Below are positions 44,999 to 56,870 of a stretch of 64,000 nucleotides of DNA, piece by piece. Every line of letters starts with the position of its first letter. Within the stretch, counting starts at the first letter, position 1. The translations under genes and the position numbers were made by a program. This DNA is from Mobula hypostoma (Eukaryota), in the NCBI RefSeq assembly GCF_963921235.1, contig NC_086123.1, positions 37,200,001-37,264,000 of the forward strand, given 5' to 3'. A model generated the notes under the pieces. That model was not told the origin of the DNA. It saw nothing but the letters and a program-made list of their open reading frames with translations, and did no database searches.

Positions 44999-47872
44999 TT
45001 ATACTTTATACTTTATTGTCGCCAAACAATTGATACTAGAACGTACAATCATCACAGCGATATTTGATTCTGCGCTTCCCGCTCCCTGGATCACAAACCG
45101 ATAGTAAATATTAAACATTTAAATTATAAATCATAAATAGAAAATAGAAAAATGGAAAGTAAGGTAGTACAAAAAAAACGAGAGGCAGGTCCGGATATTT
45201 GGAGGGTACGACCCAGATCCGGGTCAGGATCCGTTCAGCAGTCTTATCACAGTTGGAAAGAAGCTGTTCCCAAATCTGGCCGTACGAATCTTCAAGCTCC
45301 TGAGCCTTCTCCCGGAGGGAAAAGGGACGAAAAGTGTGTTGGCTGGGTGGGTCGTGTCCTTGATTATCCTGGCAGCACTGCTCTGACAGCATGTGGTGTA
45401 AAGTGAGTCCACGGACGGAAGATTGGTTTGTGTGATGTGCTGCGTGTTCACGATCTTCTGCAGCTTCTTTCGGTCTTGGACAGGACAACTTCCATACCAG
45501 GTTGTGATGCACCCCAGAAGAATGTTTTCTATGGGGCATCCATAAAAATTAGTGAGGGTTTTAGGTGACAGGCCAAATTTCTTTAGTTTTCTCAGGAAGT
45601 AAAGGCGCTGGTGGGCCTTCTTGGCAGTGAACTCTGCTTAGTTGGAGCAAGTCAGGTCATTTGTGATATTGACCCCGAGGAACTTAAAGCTTTTGACGTG
45701 TTCCACTTGCGCACCACTGATGTAAATTGGGTTGTGCGGTCCGCTACTCCTTCTGAAGTCAACAACCAATTCCTTCATCTCGCTGACGTTGAGGGATAGG
45801 TTATTGTCTTCACACCATGCCACCAGGTTCTTAATTTCCTCTCCGTACCCAAACTCATCATTACCCGAGATACGGCCTACAATTGTTGTGTCATCAGCAA
45901 ACTTATATCTTGAGTTCGCTGGAAACTTGGGTACACAATCATGGGTGTACAGTGAGTACAGCAGGGGGCTGAGTACACAGCCTTGTGGGGCACCGGTGCT
46001 CAGAGTAATTGTAGAGGAGAGCTTGTCCCCTATTTTTACAGCCTGGGTCCTGTCTGTGAGGAAGTTGAAGATCCAGCTGCAGATCTGAGTGCTAAGGCCC
46101 AGGTTCCGAAGCTTAGGAATCAGTTTACTTGGAATGATGGTATTAAAGGCAGAGCTGTAGTCAATGAAAAGGAGTCTTATGTATGCGTCTTTATTCTCCA
46201 GGTGTTCTAAGGAGGAATGTAGGGCCAGAGAGATGGCATGTGATGTTGACCTGTTGCTCCAGTAGGCGAATTTGCAAAGCGTCAAGGTTGACCAGTAGGC
46301 TGTGGTTGATGTGTGCCATAACCAATCTCTCGAAGCACTTCATAGCAATTGATGTCAGAGCCACAGGTCGATAGTCATTCAGGCATGCCACCTTGCTCTT
46401 CTTCGGCACTGGGATTATCGTTGCCTTCTTAAAACACGAGGGGATCTTAGACTGAAGCAAGGAGCAGTTGAAGTTGTCCGCAAACGCTCCAGCTAGCTCG
46501 CTTGCACAGGCCCGGAGAACCCGTCCCGAGACGCCATCTGGGCCCGTCGCCTTCCTTGGATTTATCTTCGGGAAGGTCCTTCTAACGTCCTCCTCGGTGA
46601 CGATGAATCTCGATGCCACCAGGTCCGGTTCATCCGGAGGGAGCGGGACGCTCTTCTTCTGTTCGAATCTTACGTAGAATACCTTTAGTTCATTAGGAAG
46701 AGAAGTGCCACAGTTATTGATATTCCCAGCCTTTTCTTTGTGCCCAGTGATCTCATTTAGACGCTGCCATGGTCTACTGGCATCCCTCTGCAGACACCAA
46801 CAGAATCAACAAACTCATTCGTAAGGCCAGTGATGTTGTGGGGATGGAACTGGACTCTCTCACGGTGGTGTCTGAAAAGAGGATGCTGTCTAAGTTGCAT
46901 GCCATCTTGGTCAATGTCTCCCATCCACTACATAATGTACTGGGTGGGCACAGGAGTACATTCAGCCAGAGACTCATTCCACCGAGATGCAGCACAGAGC
47001 GTCATAGGAAGTCATTCCTGCCTGTGGCCATCAAACTTTACAACTCCTCCCTTGGAGGGTCAGACACCCTGAGCCAATAGGCTGGTCCTGGAGTTATTTC
47101 ATAATTTACTGGCATAATTTACATATTACTCTTTAACTATTTATGGTTCTATTACTATTTATTATTTATGGTGCAACTGCAACAAAAACCAATTTCCCCC
47201 GGGATCAATAAGGTATGACTATGACTATGACTATGACTGGTTAGCCTGAGCTTCCAACTTGGCTCGATATTGCCTCTTGGCGCCCTGATGGCTTTCCGGA
47301 GTTCACGCCAGAATTCCGAGTAGTGACTGGTATCCCCGGACCTAAAAGCCGCAGCTCTAACCTTTAAAAGGGACTTGACCTCATAATTCATCAGAGGTTT
47401 CCGGTTAGGGAATACCCGGATCGTCTTGCGAGGCACACAGTCCTCCGAGCATTTCCAGATAAAGTTTAGGCATACTCATCCAGGTTAGCTACCGAGTCCT
47501 TGAATACTAACCAGTCCACCAATTCAAAGCAGTCACGGAGGACCTCATCCGTTTCCTCCGTCCAAAGCGACACTACTTTTGACACCGTGACCTCCCGCTT
47601 CAGTTTCTGTTTGTAAGCTGCGAGGAGGAGTATGGCCTGATGGTCCGATTTTCCGAAGTGAGGTCGTGGGACGGAACGGTAGGCATCCTTGACTGCTGTG
47701 TAGCAGTGGTCAAGTATATTCGGGCCTCTAGTGGCACAGGAGACATGTTGGTATAGCTTTGGTAGCGCCTTTCTGAGGTTGGCTTGGTTAAAGTCCCTGG
47801 CTGCAATGAGCAAAGCCTCCGGATACCTGGTCTCAAGTTCACTGATGTTGGCATACAGTATGTTCAGAGCTA
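44999..47872 (-). mobile_element. Rex1/Babar-clade LINE (APE endonuclease + RT, disrupted)
   Basis: DFNQ...TRG..LDH...SDH (APE); [34 protein letters not shown] and KFADDTT (RT); aataaagtataaagtat tail. Confidence 0.88.
46791..47238 (+). mobile_element. Rex1-like LINE 3' end nested in opposite orientation inside the 44999-47872 LINE
   Basis: NKLIRKAS...HPLH...KSFLPVAIKLYN translation; (TATGAC)n tail; host sequence resumes at ctggttagcc. Confidence 0.8.
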
Positions 47873-48011
47873 GGCCTTTAAAACAGGGCATTCTGGGAGT
47901 TAATATTATTGCTGAGACTGAATATATCGAACTTAATATTGATTACATGGTTGTCCAAGACTTACAAATTAGATCATTTGTTAAGGTTATCAAACTTTGC
48001 ACTAGCACGTT

Positions 48012-49310
48012 ATAGTCATAGAGTAATTGAAAAGGACAGCACAGAAGCAGGCTCTTCAGCCCATCTAGTCGATGCCGAACCATTTAAAATGTCTACTCCC
48101 ATCGACCTGCATGAGGACGATAGCCCTCCATACCCCTTCCATCCATGTACCTATCCAAACTTCTCTTAAACACAGAAATTGAGCTGGCATGCACCACTTG
48201 CTCTGGCAGCTCGTTCCACACACTCACAACACTCCGAGTGAAGAAGTTTCCCCTCATGTTTCTCTTAAACTCTTCACCTTTCGCCCTTAACTCATGACCT
48301 CTAGTTGTAGTCCCACCCAACCTCCATGAAAAAAGCCTGCTTGCGTTTACCCTATCCATACCCCTCATAATTTTGTGTATCTCTATCAAATCTCCGCAGC
48401 ACTTAATCTTCTATATTCCAAGGAATAAGGTCCTAACCCTTTCAATCTTTTCTTGTTACTCAGGTCCTCCGGTCCCACAGACACTTTCTCTGTACTCTTT
48501 CAACCTTATTTACATCTTTCCTGCAGGTAGGTGACCAAAACTGCACACAATACTCCAGATTAGGGCTCACCAGCATCTTATACGATTTCAATGTAACGTC
48601 CCATCTCGTGTACTCGTGAATGGCAATGTACCAAAAGCTTTCTTTACGACCCTATCTACCTGGGACACCACTTTCAATGAAATATGAACCTGTATTCCCA
48701 GATCCCTTTGCTGAACCACTCTCCTCAGTGCCCCACCGCTCACTGTGTAAGACCTACCCTCGTTGGTCCTTCTAAAGTGCAACACCTTGCACTTGTCAGC
48801 ATTAAATTCCACCAGCCACTTTTCAACCATTTTTCTAGTTGATCCACGTCCCTCAGCAAGCCATGACAGTCTTCCTCACTGTCCACTACACCCCTAATCT
48901 TGGTGTCATCGCAAACTTGCTGATCCAGTTAACCACATTATCATCCAGATTGTTGATATTGATGACAAACTGCAACTCAGCACTGATCTCTGTGGCAGTC
49001 CACTAGTCACAGGCCTCCAGTCAGAGAAGCAGCCATCTACTACCACTCTCTGGCTTCTCCCACAAAGGTAATGTCTAATCCAATTTACTACCTCATCTTG
49101 AATGCTGAGCGACTGAACCTTCCTGACCAATCTCCCATGCGGGACCTTGTCAAATGCCTCTCCATATAGACAGCATCCATGCCTTGCCTTCATCATCTTT
49201 CCTGGTAACTTCCTCAAAAACCTCTATAAAATTGGTTAGACGTGACCTATCACACACGAAGCCATGCTGCGTATCCCAAATCAGTGCATATCTATCCAAA
49301 TTTGGATAGG
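48012..49310 (-). mobile_element. Older CR1 LINE RT/3' end
   Basis: [14 protein letters not shown] and DRVNASRLF fragments; (CATAGT) tail. Confidence 0.85.
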
Positions 49311-49720
49311 AACCATAGAAACCATAGAAACTACAGCACAGAAACAGGCCTTTTGGCCCTTCTTGGCTGTGCCGAACCATTTTCTGCCTAGTCCCACTGA
49401 CCTGCACACGGACCATATCCCTCCATACACCTCCCATCCATGTATCTGTCCAATTTATTCTTAAATGTTAAAAAAGATCCCGCATTTACCACCTCGTCTG
49501 GCAGCTCATTCCATACTCCCACCACTCTCTGTGTGAAGAAGCCCCCCCTAATGTTCCCTTTAAACTTTTCCCCCCTCACCCTAAACCCATGTCCTCTGGT
49601 TTTTTTCTGCCCTTGCCTCAGTGGAAAAAGCCTGCTTGCATTCACTCTATCTATACCCATCATAATTTTATATACCTCTATCAAATCTCCCCTCATTCTT
49701 CTACGCTCCAGGGAATAAAG
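49311..49720 (-). mobile_element. Young CR1 3' end, nearly identical to 34685-35095
   Basis: Same translation [29 protein letters not shown]...GQWD and same tail. Confidence 0.92.
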
Positions 49721-51560
49721 GGAATAAGGATCTTATGCTTCGTTAACACACATTAAGGTGTTGGATTCATATTTCACAATAGACTGCAACTAGGAATTTT
49801 CTCGACTTGATCAGAATTTGGGTAACGTAAAAAAACTATTCCATGGCCTTTGGGCTGAAACTCCAGCCGGCCAAGTCATTTAGAACCATGTCCAGTCAGA
49901 AATGCTGATGAAGTGACATCTTCTGGAGGTGCTCTGCTCTCCAGGCAATTTGATTTACTCCATATGATACCAAGAAAAGGCTAAGAGTGCTAGATACTGA
50001 AAGATTATGGGACCAGGCAGAAGTCCTGACTATGTGGAAAATTGCTGTGTTATGTTCTGCCCACAAGAAAAAGGCAAATCCAACCCAGCTAATCGCTACT
50101 GAATGGGACTATTCTTAAACGTCAGTCTTGTTTCTATGAGCCGAAGGGCTTTAGGGAGGTGGGGAAAGGGCCCTTACGGAGCTGGGCTCCAAATCAACTG
50201 GGAGTTCACTCTGTGGCAAAAACGGATCCCTGAGGTCTGATGGCTGCCTCCTGTGGCAACATGCCTGGAATCCTTGCTCAGTCAGTGGTGTTAGTATTGG
50301 AGAGACACACAACAGAGTTGTAGAGCTTGAAAACAGGCTATTCGGCCCATCACACCCAAGATGCCTTGTTGAACTAGTTCCATTTGCCAGCTTTTGGCCT
50401 ATATTCCCACTAAAATTTCCTATCTGTGAACCTGTCTAAATACTGTTCTGATGGTAGTTGGTTATTGTCGATACTTGCTTACAAAGTCAGTAGGGCAACC
50501 CAGTAGCATTTTGATTACAGAATGTTGTACTGTACCAGCGACCTGGGTTCAATTCCTGCTGCTGCCTATAAGGAGTTCGCATGTTCTCCCCGTGACTGCG
50601 CGGGTTTCCTCCGGATGCTCCGGTTTCCTCCCACAGTCCAAAGACGTAGGTTAATTGGTCATTGTGGTTAGGCTAGGGTTAAGTTGGTGGGTTGCTGGGC
50701 AGTGTAGCTCAATGTGCCGGAAGAGCCTGTGCCTCCCTGTACATCAATAATAAGAAATAAAATGCACACAATTTCACAGAGCATCAGTCGATCACCGCAG
50801 CACAGGACAGCCATTTCAGCCACCATGTTGTGCTGACCTTTTAACCCACTCTGAGATCAACCTAACTCTTCCCTTCCACATAACTCTCCATTTTACTTAT
50901 TTTCAGAAATAAAAATGGATCAGTTAACCCTGGGCTGCTGGTGATTAACGCCAGGCTGCTGGTGATTGACTAACAGTGAGTCTGAGATTGGCCTAGGGTC
51001 TCTTTGCTTTCTTCAGCCCTCGTCCCCTACACTGCGTCTCCTTTTTCACAAGCTCTGGTCAGTAGTCCAGACTGTAACCGTCATTGGATGCCCAAACCTG
51101 CAACCAAATAGGGTATTTATAGCAATGAGCATTGCCTAGTCAGCTGTTGACTGCTTTATCACACTTGTGTATGTGTCTGTCTGCCATTCAGTCCTTATCA
51201 CATTTCTCCTGCTCCGTGTGCATAGCCTCCCTGCTGACTGGGATCTGGTAGTGGCTGTTTTTCCAAAAAAACTTCCAAGCTCTTTACGATACAGTCAACA
51301 AAGGTGTGAGCGTCTTTCTCTAGAAGGTACGTTACAAGTTGTGGTGGGGCAAGCGTTCCATTGATCAGGAATTTAGCACATTCTTCCCCATTTCTTCCCC
51401 TCCTTCTCCTTGGTGTTCATCTGCAGGCAGCCTGGGAGAGGGGTTATTTTTAGTGACTGTAGGGGCAGCTGTTACCTTGGTCTTTGGCCTCTTTGCCTGA
51501 GCCCTCGCTGGGACTCTGAAGCTGAACACCACAGCAAACATCAGTGTGGAAACATTTCCG

Positions 51561-51564
<4 letters not shown>

Positions 51565-51632
<68 letters not shown>

Positions 51633-51634
51633 CG
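51565..51634 (+). repeat. (TG)30(CG)5 microsatellite
   Basis: Alternating purine-pyrimidine tract of about 70 bp. Confidence 0.97.
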
Positions 51635-52730
51635 TTGGGGTTCGGTGGTGAACAGCCAGTGAGTTTGGGGAATGATGCTGACAGGGGGAGGGGATGGTGG
51701 AAATCAGGGGTTTAAGAGCAAAACATAGTTGGTTTGTTGTGCTGGGGAGGGATGACTTGTCCTCGGTTATGTTCTGTCACATTCCCATTGGGGAACATGA
51801 GTTCATGAAGCAGCATGTTGGAGGTGGGGACCGAGAGGCCTCTTGTATGGACACTGTCCTTCCCTTCACTTCCTTTCCCAACTCTGTGACCTTTCACTCT
51901 CCCTCCGCATCACCCCAGACTCCTCATATCCAGTTTATTATCCCTCCTTCCCCCTTTCCATCTCCCTTACCCATTCCCTTCCTCCCCATCCCTCATCCTC
52001 TCTTCCCTCCTTTTCATCCCCCCTTCCCACCCCTTTCTCACTCTCCTCCTCCTTCACCTCCCCGCTCTTTCCCAATCCCTGTTTTCCTCCTGTTCCCTCT
52101 CCGACACAATGAGGACGGGAGGTGCATTAACTGAACACCTGTCACGGTGATTTCCTCTGCAGCTGACCTTGGGCTGCACCTGTGAAAACTGCATGGATGG
52201 TGCACTGATAGCCTTGGTTTCATTTACCTTACCTCCCTGGAAGTTGTATTTCACATGTGTAACTCTTCACAGTGGGGCAAAGGGAATCGTGATGCACAGG
52301 CCAATGACAAAGCAGGTTACAGTTGATCCACAACTCAGTGGGGGTCTGTGTGAAGGCCCGGAGTACCGGGTTATGGTGTGAGGAACCAACGTACACAAGG
52401 CTTTAATGAAGGGCTTAATTATTCTGTGGATTGATTGAGCACATCCGCAAGTAAATGAATCTCAGGGTTGTATATGATGACATAGATGTACTCTGACAAT
52501 AAATTTACTTTGAACTTTGAATGGTGCACTGGATCCTGAAACAGCTCGGTGACGTGGGGCAAGGCTTTGAAGTGGTTTTGTGCAATTGAGGCAGGTCCTT
52601 GCAGGAGAAGGCCGGGAGTGAAAATTATCAAACACACTTTGAATCTTTCTGGAAATCTTTATTGATGGAGAGTCATGGAGAAAGGAAGGATTAGATTGAT
52701 CTTGGAGTAAGTTAAGTGTTCAGTATGACA

Positions 52731-52945
52731 TGAAGGGCCTGTACTGTACTGTTCAATGGGCTGAAAGGCCTGTACTGTACTGTTCAATGGGCTGAAGGGC
52801 CTTTACTGTACTGTTCAATGGGCTGAAGGGCCTGTACTTTACTGTTTCATGGGCTGAAGGGCCTTTACTGTAGTGTTCAATGGGCTGAAGGGCCTGTACT
52901 GTACTGTTCAATGGGCTGAAGGGCCTGTACTTTACTGTTCAATGG
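52731..52945 (+). repeat. Minisatellite, 31 bp x ~7 (GAAGGGCCTGTACTGTACTGTTCAATGGGCT), derived from a CR1-type 3' tail
   Basis: Unit starts from 52732 to 52918 in 31-bp steps; preceded by CR1 3'UTR-like sequence. Confidence 0.92.
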
Positions 52946-54029
52946 TTTAGGTGTAAATAGCCTAATTCACAAAATGATTCAATATGAAGCAGGAAGCAGA
53001 AATGGCTCCAGTCCGTGAGCAGCCTGATCACATACTTCAGTTAATAGAGTGTGTTAGACTGCTCTATTAGAGTGTGTTTTTACTTGGAGATGGTTTCCCA
53101 GGAGTTAGCGTGATGAGGCTTTCAGGAGTTCAGGAATACCTTCCCTACTGCTCCCCACCTCATCCTATTTGTATGATTTTCATTCTGTTGTAGGAGACAG
53201 AGAGGAGCTGATGTTATACCCAGTCACTGGTGGGTGACAAGTTCCATACCAGCAGTGCCGCACAATGAACGTGCTTCCCTTCAATTCATTTATTAATTAT
53301 GCCCTGGTTGCAAGGATAACATACAGTATCTTAGAATTATCTATTCCCTTACAAGACATGGGTGTTGTTGGTGGCAAAGGAATTATTGACATTTTGGGTC
53401 CAGATGCAGGGTTTCGACCCAGAACAGACCCAATTCCTTTTCCCCGCAAAATGCTTCTCGAACTGTTGAATTTCACCAGCAGATTGAGTGTTGCCCCATC
53501 GTTCTCGAATTCTGTATGGCTGCGATACACAAAAGGAAATTAAAGATGTGCATAGACATTTCATGGCCAATTGATAATGAAAATTGGAGAGTAGGGAAAG
53601 ATAATCACAAACACAAGAAAATTTGCAGATTCTGGACAAGCAAGCAACACACACAAAATGCTGGAGGAAATCAGCAGGCCAGGCAGCATCTATGGAAAAG
53701 AGTACAGTCAACATTTCGGGCTGAGACCCTTCGCAGGACTTGACGTTCAGCATATGTAGAGTGGACAGAAGAATCTGATTCTGAACTGTAGGACTCTAAA
53801 GCTCTCTGGATTGTGTCAGTCTCTCTGTGGTGTGTGGCTTCAGGGCAGAAACCTCCAATGAAGCTCACTCGATGTACAGATTGTTGAGAGCTGTCTCATT
53901 GGCTTAGGAAATGGGTTCACCTTCTGTCCTGCATGAAAGTGAGTCCAGCATTTACTTTGGAAATGGAATTAAAGCAGTTTGATGACTGGATATTTGACAC
54001 TAATGCTGTGTGACCAGATTTTGCCACTG

Positions 54030-55640
54030 GTACCTGAAACTTTAACCAATTTCTATAGATGCACAGTGGAGAATGTACTAATTGACTGCATCACAGCCTG
54101 GTATGGGAATGTCAATGCCCAGGAACAGAATGGGCTTCAGAAAGTCGTGGGAGAGAGCCTAGTCCATCACAAGCAAAGCACCCTCACTGTTGAGCACATT
54201 CATATGGGGCACTGCCACTACAAAGCAGCGTCCATCATCAAAGACCCTCAGCATCCAGCCCAAGCCCTCTCCTCACTACCATCATCAGGCAAGAGGTTCA
54301 GGAGCCTTTGTTCCCACAGCAACAGGTTCAGGAACAGTTATTACCCTATAACCATCAGGCTCGGAAACTAGTGTGGATAATGTCATTCACCTCTACTCTG
54401 AACTAGTTCTATAAATTACAAGCTCTGTCATACGGGGCGGGGGGGCCTTGATAGTGGACCCAAATGCAAGACACAGACACTGAAGTACTAGGAACAGGAC
54501 TAGGTGTGTAAAGCAAGCAAGGGAAGTGGGGAAGAAATGACGCTGGACAGGACACAGGCCCTGGATGAGGCTAGGATAAGGGCCTGGGTTAGGACTAGAC
54601 TAGGAAAGCGGGACCTGGACGAGGAACTAGGAACCTGGAACCTGGACAAGGACTCTGAGCCAGAGACTGGACAGGGACCCGAAACCTGGGTCTTGACTGG
54701 GGCTCGGACCCCAGATCTAGGTTAGGACAAGACGTGGCTACAGGACGAGGAGTAGCAACAGGACTGGATGTGAGACTCCTGAACTGGACAAGGGAATCCC
54801 AGCACTGGGCTGGGCGAGGTACTCCTGGGCTAGGTGAGGCACATGGGCAGGATGAGAACATGAAGCCTTGACTTGGTCAAGGGAGAACAGGAACGCAGAG
54901 CCTTGGTCTTAGGAGACAGGAATGCAGAACACAGAGCCTTGGTCTTGGGAGACAGAAACATGGAACACAGAGCCGGGACCCCTCCTTGGGAACAGGACAT
55001 AGGGCCGGGACTCATACATAGAACACAGAGCCAGTTCCCAACACAAGGTAGCGGAAAACGGCCAGATCTACCTAGTGAAGGCGTGGACACAGAGACAGTT
55101 CCAAACAATGAAAGACAGTTCCTTATCTAGACACAACAAGGCCCCGATCTTGCCCTGGCGGTTGAACCTGATGGCGTTACAGGCGAGGACACAGGCGAAG
55201 GTAGCAGACAAGGCTACAGAAGGAAGGGGAATGGGAGGGAACAGTCCAGCAACTGAAGCTGAACCCAGGAGCAGTGTATGTAGCCAGCCCAAAATGAGAA
55301 TCATGTGCCTCAATTAAGGCACACAACAGGACAAGGAAAAACCGGAAAACCTGGAATAAGGATCGATGGACCGGACCATGAACCGGAATGCGGACTTCAC
55401 GGACCAGAACATGACAGGCTCACTGTCACAGACTCTGCAACTCCTGTTCTCTGCATTATTTACTTATTTGCACAGTTTGTCTTCTTTTGCACATTGAGGT
55501 TGTTTGTCATTCTGTCTGTTTATGTATCATTTTTCCTAATTTCAATTGTATTTTTTTGGTAAATGCCTGCAAGAAGACAAATCTCAGTGTCGTATATGGC
55601 AACATATACATACTTGGATAATAAATTTACTTAGAACTAA
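54030..55640 (+). mobile_element. Rex1-like LINE 3' end interrupted by an LTR-like insertion
   Basis: LTNFYRCTVENVLIDCITAWYG...LPSSGKRFRSL translation; tail resumes after 55417. Confidence 0.75.
54426..55416. mobile_element. Solo LTR-like element (Gypsy-type)
   Basis: TGTCAT...ATGACA termini; near-perfect 5-bp TSD (AGCTC/GGCTC); internal short repeats. Confidence 0.7.
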
Positions 55641-56439
55641 TCTGACTGCACTGCTGAAATTGTTTCATCTGTCCCTAAGCACAGCAGAGAAGGTCACCTG
55701 CTGCCCCATTTTATGTATGGGTGGTAAAATAAGGCGGGGGGTGTGAATTGACAGGAATGTGAGGAGAAAAGTATCAGTTAGGGTAGAATTGAGTAGCAAT
55801 GGAAGCATGATGGTTAGAACGGTGATCATGGGCCGAATGGCCTGTTTCTGTGCTAAATCTCTTTATACTCCATACTTCATGATGTTACAAAGTGATTTGC
55901 AATCAGATTCCTGTGACAGAAATTTGCAAGAAATGCACCAGCCAATTTCTGCACAGTGATCCCTCGCCCACAAACAATGAGATAATGGTCAGGGTCACCA
56001 TTTTGAGTTGTTGGCTGAGAGAGAAATGATGGCCAGGAGAAGGGAGAAGCCCTCTGTTTCTGGGTAATCTGCTCGGCTGGTGGAGTGTGTGAAGTGATAG
56101 GATGCTATGTAAATACAGGCTTTGGTAGCACACTGCAGAAGCTGAGACCTGTCTGTGTGCTGGCACTGACAAAGTTTGTCACTGAGGCTAAATATATTAC
56201 GGACACCCTTGGTGACCCGATTGCTTGATAAACAATGTGGCTTGTTATGAGAGGGACCTGATCCATTTATACCCCTGCATGGATTTCACAGCCACAGTTA
56301 GTTTACAATCAAAGCGGCAGGGCCAGGTGCCTGTGGCTATGAAGCTTAAGGTCTGCATAAAAGGCAAGGAAAGGGCATATACTGTAGCAAAAGTGAGTGG
56401 GAAGTTGAATGATTGGGAAGTTTTTAAAATCCAACAAAA

Positions 56440-56585
56440 GACTCTGTGTCCACCCCCTTCTCAGACAGTGTTCTGTTTAAATGGGATGACAGTCTCTGTC
56501 TCCACTCCCTTCTTAGTGTGCTCTGTTTAAATGGGGTGAGACTCTCTGTGTCCATCCCCTTCTCTGTGTGTTCTGTTTAAATGCA
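56440..56585 (+). repeat. Degenerate ~50-bp x3 tandem repeat (…gtgttctgtttaaatg)
   Basis: Three ctgtttaaatg-ending units. Confidence 0.7.
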
Positions 56586-56870
56586 GCCCAATTAGCAGAG
56601 AAAGGCTTTTTTCTACATCATGTATGGCGATTGTGACCCCACTCGGAAGCTGCTCACACATTTAGGTGCAGGAGAACGCTCCACAGCCTCCTGAGCAAGT
56701 GTTATGCACTCATATACAATTATGTGGCCGTGTGGCGATTAGCATAATGCTTTACAGTGCCAGTGGTCAAACTTCAATTCACATCACTGTCTGTAAGGAG
56801 TTTGTATGTTTTCCTTGTGACTGTGAGAGTTTTCTCCGTGTGCTCTGATTTCCTCCCACATTCAGAAGAC

